A DNA stretch of 64,000 nucleotides from Candidatus Pelagibacter sp. (GCF_052049775.1 NZ_JBNGZH010000029.1:6299-70298), one strand, 5' to 3'; shown: positions 10,659 to 19,947, numbered from the stretch's first letter. Program-made: numbers and translations. Notes: generated by a model not told the origin, from the letters alone.

Positions 10659-11774
10659 TTATTGTTTTGGAAAATAATCTTTGATTTCCCCTTCTCTATA
10701 AACATCAGCAGTACAACAATGAAGTCCGCCTCCAAAAGCATAAGCATCCCTTAAATCTACTGGAAGTACTTCCATACCTAACTTGTCTAATTGTTCTGCC
10801 TGATATTTTTCACTTTTTTCAACACAAACTGTTTTAGGGTCTAACACTAAAACATTCATTGAAAGCCAAACAGATGAATAACAAAGTGGTGGTGGTTTAT
10901 TATGAGCTGGTTGAGCGGCATCAATTATTTCCCATCCATTATTTTCAAATAATTTTCTTTGACCTTTAGGTAATTTTCTTTGAGGATTATTTATAATCAA
11001 ACCTTCTTTTATAGGAGTAAAGGTTGCATCTATATGTATTGGATATGGGTCACCCGGAAAGTTTACTGCATGAATTCTATGATCTTTAAAATGTCTTTTT
11101 AACCAATCAATACCTTTTAAATTTGTGGTGAAACCATGTTGTACAATTAAGTCTTTTCCAAATCGAAGTATGTCTGCTGCATCAAATAAAGGTTCTTCCT
11201 CAGTTGTTACAAAAAATTTATCTTCAGTCCACTTTAACCTTTTTTCAATTCCTATTTTATCAGACAAATAATCTTTTCTGTAATCTGCATCAGTCAATCT
11301 AGGTTTAGGAGCCGACTCATGTCTCATGTTTGGGTCTGAATTATAATATTCTTTTAAGAGAGGTCGATAGCAAAGATATTCAAACCATCTGCATCTATAA
11401 CTCATAGTCGCTTCTAAAATTTCATTGCCGACAGTCAATAAAACATCTCTTGGGGGCATACAACCAAACATAGTTTCAACTTTCCAGTCAGGGGTTGAAA
11501 TATTTTGATTAAAATCAATTGGTGTTGGTCTATCTACTTTTATACCACGCTTAGATAACATTTCTGAAAAATCATTTAACAATTGATTAGCTTTATCTAT
11601 TGCATCTTTTGTTCTTGGACCAAATTTACCTTTCATATCAGAGTCTTCAGGAACTTTAGCATCAAGTGCTGGTTCAGGTGCTGGAATGCATACACCATCT
11701 GCCCTGCCAACAATTACATGTTTTAATGGATCCCACTCATTCCAACTATTTACAATGACTTTATTTCTATCCAT
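10659..11774 (-). CDS. L-arginine:glycine amidinotransferase (AGAT/CyrA)-like amidinotransferase
   Basis: NEWDPLKHVIVGRA, PRDVLLTVGNEILEA, EPLFDAAD, HIDATF, WLSMNVL and GGGLHCCT parallel AGAT; the Asp/His/Cys catalytic residues are present. Confidence 0.9.
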   Translation of the reverse strand: MDRNKVIVNSWNEWDPLKHVIVGRADGVCIPAPEPALDAKVPEDSDMKGKFGPRTKDAIDKANQLLNDFSEMLSKRGIKVDRPTPIDFNQNISTPDWKVETMFGCMPPRDVLLTVGNEILEATMSYRCRWFEYLCYRPLLKEYYNSDPNMRHESAPKPRLTDADYRKDYLSDKIGIEKRLKWTEDKFFVTTEEEPLFDAADILRFGKDLIVQHGFTTNLKGIDWLKRHFKDHRIHAVNFPGDPYPIHIDATFTPIKEGLIINNPQRKLPKGQRKLFENNGWEIIDAAQPAHNKPPPLCYSSVWLSMNVLVLDPKTVCVEKSEKYQAEQLDKLGMEVLPVDLRDAYAFGGGLHCCTADVYREGEIKDYFPKQ

Positions 11775-11779
11775 TAAAT

Positions 11780-12685
11780 TTAATTTAGTGCGATGTATCT
11801 CTTATTCCACCTCATGATAAGACTATAATAAATAAGTGAAACAAACAGAAAGAAACCACCTACTATTGTGTTAGTAGATGGAATTTCATTAATCCCAAAC
11901 AATGGTAACCATACCCAAAAAATTCCACCAATAACCTCTGTCAGAGACAATAATGTTAACTCTGCAGCTTGGATTGCTTTAGATCCTATCGAATATAAAA
12001 TAAGACCTAAACAGACTAATACCCCATGTAAAGAAAACATTGCACTATTATAACTAGTTGCAAAAAAAGTTTGTTTATTGACCAAAATCATAATCGTAGC
12101 AGTTATGAAACAAAATAAACCTGCAACAGCAACTGTTGTAAATTTTGGAGTTTCTTTTCTCCATCTTAAAGTAACTGAAAAAATTGAAAATCCTATTGAT
12201 GATGTCAGTCCAAAAACAAAACCTATTAAAGAATTTTTTTCAGTATTACCAACAGCCATGATTATAATACCCACAGTTGCAATAAGCATTGATATCCAAA
12301 CATTAAGAGAAATTTTTTCTTTTAAAAATAAAAAAGCTAATAATGCAGTAAAAAAAGGCATTGCAGCTAAACATAACAAAGTAATTGCTGCTGTAGTGTT
12401 TGTAATTGAATAAATAAATGAAATCATTGCAATACCAAGACCCATGCCACCGACCAATCCTGATTTACCTACTTTTTTGTAATTTTTGTAAAAATTTATT
12501 CCTTCTTCAAAATATAAATATAAATTTAAAATAATAAAAATAGTTAAACCTCTACCAAAAATATATTGCCAAGGAACCATATGAGGATCATTCATATATC
12601 TCACTACCAGAGGACCAAACGACCAAAGTATTCCCGCAAATAAAACGACTGGTACAGCTATTTTTTCATTTCTAAGTTCAACCAT
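11780..12685 (-). CDS. DMT/EamA-family transporter
   Basis: 301 aa, about 10 TM; 5-bp gap to the amidinotransferase on the same strand. Confidence 0.85.
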   Translation of the reverse strand: MVELRNEKIAVPVVLFAGILWSFGPLVVRYMNDPHMVPWQYIFGRGLTIFIILNLYLYFEEGINFYKNYKKVGKSGLVGGMGLGIAMISFIYSITNTTAAITLLCLAAMPFFTALLAFLFLKEKISLNVWISMLIATVGIIIMAVGNTEKNSLIGFVFGLTSSIGFSIFSVTLRWRKETPKFTTVAVAGLFCFITATIMILVNKQTFFATSYNSAMFSLHGVLVCLGLILYSIGSKAIQAAELTLLSLTEVIGGIFWVWLPLFGINEIPSTNTIVGGFFLFVSLIYYSLIMRWNKRYIALN

Positions 12686-12771
12686 AATCGAATATTTAGA
12701 TCTAATTGATTAGTACTACAACATAAATTAAATTGTTATACAAAGTATTAGCGCTAATATAATAAATTAAT

Positions 12772-13170
12772 ATGAATTTGGATATTCTTAAAATAGCCTC
12801 TGATACCAACAATAACAAAAGTATCAAAAACTATACGCACCACTCAAAATTGAAAAATTCAATGTGCGGTGATGAGATGCAAATAGATTTGGTTATCAAA
12901 AAAAATAAAATTGTTGATTTTGGTTATCAAGGTAAGTCCTGTGTTTATTGTCAGGCTTCAGCAAGCTTACTTTCAAAAATTTCAATGAATGAAAATAAAT
13001 CTAAAATTAATGAATTGTGCGACGATGCCAAACATTATTTTGAGGGAAACGTTGAAAATATTGAAAAAAAATGGAAATCGCTGAATAAAATATTTAATAA
13101 TAAAAATCTATCTCGTAAAGAATGTATTTTATTACCTTTTAAAACAATAAAAAAAATAGTATCAAAATAA
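12772..13170 (+). CDS. NifU_N/IscU-SufU-like Fe-S scaffold-family protein
   Basis: CGDEM, SCVYCQASAS and RKECILLP match the IscU/SufU three-Cys pattern, with one extra Cys. Confidence 0.8.
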   Translation: MNLDILKIASDTNNNKSIKNYTHHSKLKNSMCGDEMQIDLVIKKNKIVDFGYQGKSCVYCQASASLLSKISMNENKSKINELCDDAKHYFEGNVENIEKKWKSLNKIFNNKNLSRKECILLPFKTIKKIVSK

Positions 13171-13174
13171 TTTC

Positions 13175-13639
13175 ATGGGTAATTTAAAACAATCTTTTAT
13201 TGCAGGTTTATTTTCAATTATCACTATAGGTATTTTAACTTTATTGACTTATAAAACTGAATTTGGGATTTTTCTTATTGCATCTTTTGGATCATCAATG
13301 GTTCTGTTGTATGGATATCCCGAAAGCCCCTTTGCCCAACCCAAAAATGTTTTTTTTGGGCATCTAGTAACTGCAACAGTGGGAATGTTTTTTTTATATT
13401 TATTTCCTTTGCCATTATTTATAATTATACCATTAGCAGTTGGTTTTGGAGTGGGTCTAATGATATTGTTAAATGTAACACATCCGCCTGCAGGTGGAAA
13501 TCCAATTATAGTTATTATGGGTAGTGTCTCACTAGACTATTTGTTAAGCCCAATAATTTCAGGATCAATAATTATTCTGGTTTTTGCTATTATAATTAAT
13601 AAATTTATACTTAAAAAGAGTTATCCAAAAACAAAATAA
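13175..13639 (+). CDS. HPP-family membrane protein
   Basis: ASFGSS, AQPKNVFFGH and THPPAG motifs; 4-5 TM. Confidence 0.9.
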   Translation: MGNLKQSFIAGLFSIITIGILTLLTYKTEFGIFLIASFGSSMVLLYGYPESPFAQPKNVFFGHLVTATVGMFFLYLFPLPLFIIIPLAVGFGVGLMILLNVTHPPAGGNPIIVIMGSVSLDYLLSPIISGSIIILVFAIIINKFILKKSYPKTK

Positions 13640-13716
13640 TTTGTTTGCTAGCGACATTAAAATAATGTTAGATGTCTCAAAATAAATTAATGATCGAAAG
13701 TAACGCAGGAGAATAA

Positions 13717-14916
13717 ATGAAAATATTATGTGTATTATATGATGATCCAAAAGGAGGAATGCCTAAGTCATATCCACTTAAAGATCTTCCTAAACTAGAA
13801 AAATATCCAGATGGGATGACCTTACCTTCACCAAAAGGAAGAGATTTTAATCCAGGAGAATTGTTAGGATGTGTTTCAGGAGAATTAGGATTAAGAAAAT
13901 TTTTAGAAAGTAATGGACATGAGCTAGTAGTTACTAATAGTAAAGATGGAGATGGATGTGAGGCTGATAAACATATCGTTGACGCTGATATAGTAATTTC
14001 TCAACCTTTTTTTCCTTACTACTTAACTAAAGAAAGAATTGCTAAAGCTAAAAACTTAAAAATGGCTATTACAGCCGGAATTGGCTCTGATCACGTAGAT
14101 TTACAAGCAGCTATGGATAACAAAATTGATGTAGTTGAAGTAACTTTTTGTAATTCAAGATCTGTTGCTGAACACATTGTAATGATGATTGTATCAATGG
14201 TGAGAGACTATCACAACCAACATAGAATTGTTAATGAAGGTGGATGGAACATAGCAGATGCTGTGCAAAGATCTTATGATGTTGAAGGTATGCACATTGG
14301 AACTGTTGCCGCTGGCCGTATCGGTTTAGATGCATTAAGAAAAATGAAACCATTTGATGTACACTTACATTATTTTGATAGACATAAATTACCAGATAGT
14401 GTTGAGAAAGAATTAAACTTAACATTTCATGAGTCAGTAGAGTCTATGGTTAAAGTTTGTGATGTCGTGACTATAAATTGCCCTCTCCATCCTGAGACTG
14501 AGAACTTATTTGACGATGCAATGATAAGCAAAATGAAAAAAGGTGCTTATATTGTAAACACTGCAAGAGGTAAAATTTGTAATCGTGATGCTATTGCAAA
14601 AGCATTGAAGAGTGGTCAACTAAGTGGTTATGCTGGAGACGTTTGGTTTCCACAGCCAGCTCCAAATGATCATGTATGGAGAACAATGCCTAACCATGGT
14701 ATGACACCTCACACTTCTGGAACTTCTTTGTCAGCTCAAACAAGATATGCTGATGGTGTAAGAGAAATCTTAGAATGTTTCTTTGAAGGAAAAGAAATTA
14801 GAGATCAATATCTTATCGTCAAAGATGGACAATTAGCTGGAATGGGTGCTCACTCATATAGTAAAGGATCTGCCACAGGTGGTTCTGAAGAGGCAGCTAA
14901 ATATAAGAAAAAATAA
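13717..14916 (+). CDS. fdh: NAD-dependent (metal-independent) formate dehydrogenase
   Basis: LLGCVSGELGLR, ISQPFFPYY, AGIGSDHVD, AAGRIG, FDRH, NTARG, GDVWFPQPAP and PHTSGT; AGGAG Shine-Dalgarno upstream. Confidence 0.96.
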   Translation: MKILCVLYDDPKGGMPKSYPLKDLPKLEKYPDGMTLPSPKGRDFNPGELLGCVSGELGLRKFLESNGHELVVTNSKDGDGCEADKHIVDADIVISQPFFPYYLTKERIAKAKNLKMAITAGIGSDHVDLQAAMDNKIDVVEVTFCNSRSVAEHIVMMIVSMVRDYHNQHRIVNEGGWNIADAVQRSYDVEGMHIGTVAAGRIGLDALRKMKPFDVHLHYFDRHKLPDSVEKELNLTFHESVESMVKVCDVVTINCPLHPETENLFDDAMISKMKKGAYIVNTARGKICNRDAIAKALKSGQLSGYAGDVWFPQPAPNDHVWRTMPNHGMTPHTSGTSLSAQTRYADGVREILECFFEGKEIRDQYLIVKDGQLAGMGAHSYSKGSATGGSEEAAKYKKK

Positions 14917-14928
14917 ATCATTCTTTTA

Positions 14929-14970
14929 ATTATTAAAGGTAAGCTACTTAAGGTAGCTACCTTTAATAAT
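14929..14970 (+). terminator. Long hairpin after fdh, probable intrinsic terminator
   Basis: ATTATTAAAGGT-A-AGCTAC-TTAAG-GTAGCT-ACCTTTAATAAT: an 18-bp stem with one bulge, 12 nt after the stop codon. Confidence 0.75.
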
Positions 14971-15008
14971 CTAGACTCAATTCCCAATTTTTGTATAAAT
15001 TTTTAGTC

Positions 15009-15584
15009 ATGAGATTTTTATTATTCATATTTTTAAACTTGATAATTACAAATTCAGTATTGGCATCTGAAAAAAGTAAAGCATATTTTGCTGGTGGTTG
15101 TTTCTGGTGTATGGAAGAGTCTTTTGAGAAATTAACAGGTGTTGAGAAAGTGATTTCAGGATACTCTGGAGGAAAAACTGAAAATCCAACCTATGAAGAA
15201 GTTACTTATGGAAATACAGGTCACCTTGAAGTTGTAGAAGTAATTTATGATGCAAGTTTAATAACTTACGAAGAATTACTAAAAAATTTTTGGCTCAATA
15301 TAGATCCATTTGATCCCTATGGTCAGTTTTGTGACAAAGGTTATAGCTACAGATCTGCAGCTTTTTATACAAATCAAAAGGAAAAAAACTTAATTGAAAA
15401 AGATTTTAAAAGACTAGAAAAAAAATTTAATAAAAAAGTTGTTACTTATATTAAAGAATTTGAAAAATTTTATATAGCTGAAGATCGTCATCAAGATTAT
15501 TATCAAGTATATTTTTTAAATTATTTAAAATATAAAAAAGCTTGTAGAAGAGAAGAGATTTTAAATAGAATTTGGAAAATGTAA
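15009..15584 (+). CDS. msrA: Peptide-methionine (S)-S-oxide reductase MsrA with a predicted signal peptide
   Basis: AGGCFWCME, GYSGG, TGHLEVV and AEDRHQDYY; hydrophobic N-terminus ending VLA/SE. Start taken at ATG 15009. Confidence 0.93.
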   Translation: MRFLLFIFLNLIITNSVLASEKSKAYFAGGCFWCMEESFEKLTGVEKVISGYSGGKTENPTYEEVTYGNTGHLEVVEVIYDASLITYEELLKNFWLNIDPFDPYGQFCDKGYSYRSAAFYTNQKEKNLIEKDFKRLEKKFNKKVVTYIKEFEKFYIAEDRHQDYYQVYFLNYLKYKKACRREEILNRIWKM

Positions 15585-15590
15585 CAATTT

Positions 15591-17045
15591 ATGAAAAATA
15601 ATATCAATTGGAATTTTGATAACACATATTCCAAATTGCCTGAGCCATTTAGAGAAAAGATAAATCCAGTAAAAGTTAAAAATCCTAAACTGATTTTATT
15701 AAATGAGTCTTTGGCCAAAGATTTAAATTTAGACTTTTCTGAAATAAGTCAGACTGAATTATCGGCTATATTTACAGGAAACGAATTGCCAAAAAATAGT
15801 AATTCAATAGCACAAGCTTATGCAGGTCATCAATTTGGCCATTTTACAATGCTTGGTGATGGGAGAGCAGTTTTGATTGGAGAACATGTATCTAAAAATA
15901 ATCATAGATACGATATTCAATTTAAAGGCTCAGGAAAAACTGCTTTTTCAAGAAATGGAGATGGAAGAGCAGCGTTAGGGCCTATGCTTAGAGAATATTT
16001 AATAAGTGAAGCAATGTATGCCTTAAATATTCCAACAACACGAAGTTTAGCAGTTGCAAAAACTGGAGAAAATGTAATCAGAGAGACACAATTAGAAGGT
16101 GCTATACTCACCAGAGTAGCATCAAGTCATATTAGAGTAGGAACTTTTCAGTATATTGCAGCAAGGAATAAAAAAGGTGAGTTAGAGACATTATTTGATT
16201 ATGTTGTCAAAAGACATTACCCAGAAATTGAAAATTCAAAAAATAAAGCCTTAGATCTTTTAAAAGTTGTTTTAGATAAACAGATTGATTTAGTTGTCAA
16301 TTGGATGCGAGTTGGATTTATTCATGGTGTAATGAATACAGATAACATGAGTATAGCTGGTGAGACCATTGACTACGGACCCTGTGCTTTCATGGATATT
16401 TATGATCCAAAAACTGTATTTAGCTCAATTGATAAATTAGGTAGATATGCTTATTGCAATCAGCCGGTTATAACCAAATGGAATCTTTCAAGATTTGCTG
16501 AGTGCTTGATACCTTTGATTGATAAAGACCAAGACACAGCTGTAAAATTAGCAACTGAAATAATTGACACTTTTGAAAAAACATATGAAGAAAAGTGGTT
16601 AAATATGATGAGAGCTAAGCTGGGCTTAATTGGTTCGGATAAAAAAGATAAGTACCTAATTTTAGACTTACTCACTTGGATGCATCAAAATAAAGTTGAT
16701 TACACAAATACATTTTGCCACTTGATGAACTTTAAAATTCAAGAAGATAATATTTATGAAGGTACTGATTTTAGCAACTGGAAAAAAAGGTGGCAGGAAA
16801 GATCATCAAGTCATGATAATTCAAAGGAAAAGCATAAAAAATTAATGAGAAGTACAAACCCTCTTTTAATTCCAAGAAATCATATAGTTGAAAATACTCT
16901 TAGAGATGCAGATCAAGGAAATTTGGAACCTTTGCTTAACTTTTTAAAAATCTTAAATAGCCCCTATACTGATCAAAAAGATATCAGTGAATACCAAATA
17001 TTATCCAGTTCAAATGAAAATTATCAAACATTTTGTGGAACTTAA
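15591..17045 (+). CDS. selO: Protein adenylyltransferase SelO (YdiU) family
   Basis: AYAGHQFG, LGDGRA, QFKGSG, DGRAAL, HGVMNTDN, DYGPCAF and C-terminal TFCGT (Cys, not Sec). Confidence 0.95.
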   Translation: MKNNINWNFDNTYSKLPEPFREKINPVKVKNPKLILLNESLAKDLNLDFSEISQTELSAIFTGNELPKNSNSIAQAYAGHQFGHFTMLGDGRAVLIGEHVSKNNHRYDIQFKGSGKTAFSRNGDGRAALGPMLREYLISEAMYALNIPTTRSLAVAKTGENVIRETQLEGAILTRVASSHIRVGTFQYIAARNKKGELETLFDYVVKRHYPEIENSKNKALDLLKVVLDKQIDLVVNWMRVGFIHGVMNTDNMSIAGETIDYGPCAFMDIYDPKTVFSSIDKLGRYAYCNQPVITKWNLSRFAECLIPLIDKDQDTAVKLATEIIDTFEKTYEEKWLNMMRAKLGLIGSDKKDKYLILDLLTWMHQNKVDYTNTFCHLMNFKIQEDNIYEGTDFSNWKKRWQERSSSHDNSKEKHKKLMRSTNPLLIPRNHIVENTLRDADQGNLEPLLNFLKILNSPYTDQKDISEYQILSSSNENYQTFCGT

Positions 17046-18149
17046 TTAAAGAACATATGGCTCATGTCTCGCCTGTTTACCTAAAACTCTCTCTACAGCC
17101 ATATTTGAAATATCAATTGATTGATAAGCACCCGTCGTAATCAATTCTGTTAATGCTCTACCAATTCCCGGAGCTTGCATTAATCCTCTTCCTGTGAAAC
17201 CTGTTGCTAAGTAAACATTTTCAAATTTTGGATGTTTTCCAACAACTGCATTGTTATCAAGTCGATTGCAATCATAATATCCAGCCCATCCTCCATTTAA
17301 TTTTAATTCTTCCATAGCCGGTATTCTGTGAGCTAATGCTGGCCAAACCAATTCTTCAAAATCATCCCATGCAGGTTCAAGATCTTTGGCATCAAAGACT
17401 GACTTTGGTGAACCCGCTAAATATTCTTTGCCTTCAGGTCTCCAATAAACTCCTGTTGTTAGATCTCCCGTTAATGGCATTTCAGGAATATGTTTTGGGC
17501 ACTTTACTCTGAAAACTGTATGTTTTTGAGGTTCAACAGGGATATCTTCTAAAAGCTCTTTAGTCCAACATCCAGCTGCTGAAATAATTGTCTTAGCGTT
17601 AATTTCTGAAAGAGATTTAACTTCACCCTTAACAAATTCTGCGCCAAGATCAATTGCTTTACTTTTTAGAGCACTATGAAACATGAAAGGGTCAATCCAT
17701 CCCTCACTTTGATTGTCAGTAAAAGTCGCTGTTTCAATTCCCTCACTATTGATATATGGAAAAAAATTATTCAACTCGGAGCCTTTAATATTTTTTGTTC
17801 CCGCATCACAAGCTTTATGATTTTCGAGCGCTTTATATTGTTCATCTGCATGCTCAGGTCCAAACATTAATAAATAACCATTGGTCACCATACTAGCAGT
17901 GGGTTTTGGATTTTTTTCAGTTTTTAATAAATCTGGAATTTGAAAAATAAATTCTCTGGCAAATTTTCCTAATAAAATATTTTCTTTTTGGAAGAATTGT
18001 CTTCTAAAGCCACCTAATGACAAAGGAAAAGAAGCAGTTTTATAAGTTGGGTCTTTTTCTATAACTTTAACTTTTCTGCCCTCTTTTGATAAAAAGTAAG
18101 CAGTCGCGGCTCCAATTATTCCACCACCAACTATTACAACATCATCCAT
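17046..18149 (-). CDS. FAD-dependent oxidoreductase, DAO/sarcosine-oxidase-beta/FOXRED1-like
   Basis: VIVGGGIIG dinucleotide fold, SLGGFRRQF, WAGYYD and ATGFTGRGLMQAPGIG. Confidence 0.85.
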   Translation of the reverse strand: MDDVVIVGGGIIGAATAYFLSKEGRKVKVIEKDPTYKTASFPLSLGGFRRQFFQKENILLGKFAREFIFQIPDLLKTEKNPKPTASMVTNGYLLMFGPEHADEQYKALENHKACDAGTKNIKGSELNNFFPYINSEGIETATFTDNQSEGWIDPFMFHSALKSKAIDLGAEFVKGEVKSLSEINAKTIISAAGCWTKELLEDIPVEPQKHTVFRVKCPKHIPEMPLTGDLTTGVYWRPEGKEYLAGSPKSVFDAKDLEPAWDDFEELVWPALAHRIPAMEELKLNGGWAGYYDCNRLDNNAVVGKHPKFENVYLATGFTGRGLMQAPGIGRALTELITTGAYQSIDISNMAVERVLGKQARHEPYVL

Positions 18150-18616
18150 TAATTTAATATTAGTAAGTTAATATTCAGAAATAATGCATAGCAACACCAA
18201 AGTAAATAGGGAATCATTAAATAATAACTCACAAAATTGACACGCTTATATCTAATTACTAAAGTAATTATTAAACCAATTAAGATTACCAAAACAATTA
18301 AAGCTAAAAAAATTTGGTGTAATCCAAAAAAAACGATACTCCAAGTTGTATTAAATATAATATGAATAAAATAAATATAAATCGTGTTCATGTCTCTACT
18401 TTTACTATGCCAAAAAAACCAAATAGCAACTGTCATCATTAGATATAGCGTTGTCCAAACAGGTGCAAATATCCAATCAGGTGGGTTAAAATCAGATTTG
18501 ACTAATTGAGAATACCAAGGGTCTTTAAAATTAATTGTGACTAAACTTCCAATAAATGAGGCTGAAAATGTGATAATAAAAAAAAGTATGAATGATAAAA
18601 ATTTATTTTTTAACAT
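18149..18616 (-). CDS. tspO: TspO/MBR tryptophan-rich sensory protein
   Basis: WYSQLVKSDFNPPDWIFAPVWTTLY, WSIVFFG and PYLLWCCYA; start taken at ATG 18616. Confidence 0.93.
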   Translation of the reverse strand: MLKNKFLSFILFFIITFSASFIGSLVTINFKDPWYSQLVKSDFNPPDWIFAPVWTTLYLMMTVAIWFFWHSKSRDMNTIYIYFIHIIFNTTWSIVFFGLHQIFLALIVLVILIGLIITLVIRYKRVNFVSYYLMIPYLLWCCYALFLNINLLILN

Positions 18617-18640
18617 TAAAGTATTATACATCTTTAGATA

Positions 18641-19402
18641 ATGAATAAAAAAACAATTTGGATAACGGGTGGGAGTACTGGAATCGGCAAAGCTCTTGCA
18701 ATAAAATTTGCTAATGAAGGGTGGAATGTTGCTATTTCAGCCAGACGTGAGAATCTTCTTAATGAGATTGCAGACAATCATGAAAATATAAGTCCATTTC
18801 CATTAGATGTGACTGATAAATCAAAATGTAAAGAGGTTTTTGAAAAAATTAAGAATAAATTTGAAAATATAGATATTTGTTTTTTTTCTACTGGCACATG
18901 GAATCCAAAAAAAGAAAGAGATATTGATGTTGAACAAATTGAGGAAGTTTTTAAAATTAATTTTTTTGGGACATTGAATGCTATTAAAGCAGTTGAAGAA
19001 TATTTTAAAAAAAAGAAAAGTGGAACAATTACTATTGTTTCCTCAATTGCTGGTTATAGAGGTTTACCCAATTCAACCGGATATGGACCTTCAAAATCTG
19101 CTCTAAATAATTTAGCAGAAAGTCTATATTTTGACTTTGGTCGATCAAATGTTAGAGTGTGCTTAGTATCTCCAGGTTTTATCAAAACTCCAATGACAGA
19201 TAAAAATGATTTTAAAATGCCTTTTTTAAAAACTACTGAATATGCGGCTGAAAAAATATATGATGGCTTGGTCAATAAAAAAACTTTTGAAATTCATTTT
19301 CCAAAATCATTAACTGTTGTACTGAAAATCTTAAGTTTTCTTCCGAGTAAGATTTATTTTGGTTTAGTTGGAAAATTAACAAAATATCAAAAGAAAAATT
19401 AA
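18641..19402 (+). CDS. Short-chain dehydrogenase/reductase
   Basis: WITGGSTGIG, YGPSK (YxxxK) and PGFIKTPMT. Confidence 0.92.
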   Translation: MNKKTIWITGGSTGIGKALAIKFANEGWNVAISARRENLLNEIADNHENISPFPLDVTDKSKCKEVFEKIKNKFENIDICFFSTGTWNPKKERDIDVEQIEEVFKINFFGTLNAIKAVEEYFKKKKSGTITIVSSIAGYRGLPNSTGYGPSKSALNNLAESLYFDFGRSNVRVCLVSPGFIKTPMTDKNDFKMPFLKTTEYAAEKIYDGLVNKKTFEIHFPKSLTVVLKILSFLPSKIYFGLVGKLTKYQKKN

Positions 19403-19947
19403 TCTTTTACAAATACTACAGTCAATTCAGCAACTTTAATTCCAAATTTAGTCATTGTAGCTCTATTAATTGCTACTCGATCATCCTGTTTGAAAATCCA
19501 ATCATCGAAAGTAATCTTAATTTCTTTACCTTTTACTGGAACTAATAAAACATACTCAAATTTAAATGCGGGACCATATGAATATCCCCTGGCTTTACCA
19601 ACTACGTCTCCAGCGGTTCCCTCATAATTGTTGTCGTCTATTTTAGTAATTTGCCATTGTCTAGTTTGTATTTCACCGTCATCCCAATTAAATTTTTCAT
19701 CAAGAATTAATTGCTTGCCATCCCACTTGCCATCTAAATCTGCTGAGAATTGTCTAGTAACTTTTCCAGATCTATTCTGAAGAACTCCCCAAGCTTTTAC
19801 ATTGCCTGACAAGTAATTTTCTATGATTAATCTTGGTTCTTTACCTTTAAAATCTTCTGGTTTCATATCGCTATTATTTGAGCAGTTTGTAATTAAGAAT
19901 AAAGAGATTATCAATAAAATTGATCTTAAGTTTATTATTTTGCTCAC
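19399..19947 (-). CDS. DUF3833-family lipoprotein
   Basis: Lipobox-like ITNC, AWGVLQNRSGKVTRQF and FDDWIF; GTG start with an AAGGGGG Shine-Dalgarno. Confidence 0.8.
   Translation of the reverse strand: MSKIINLRSILLIISLFLITNCSNNSDMKPEDFKGKEPRLIIENYLSGNVKAWGVLQNRSGKVTRQFSADLDGKWDGKQLILDEKFNWDDGEIQTRQWQITKIDDNNYEGTAGDVVGKARGYSYGPAFKFEYVLLVPVKGKEIKITFDDWIFKQDDRVAINRATMTKFGIKVAELTVVFVKD

Noticed and set aside
15591-17045. Possible selenocysteine in SelO or FDH
   Set aside because: SelO ends TFCGT-TAA with Cys, and the FDH is the metal-free type. No in-frame TGA or SECIS is needed.
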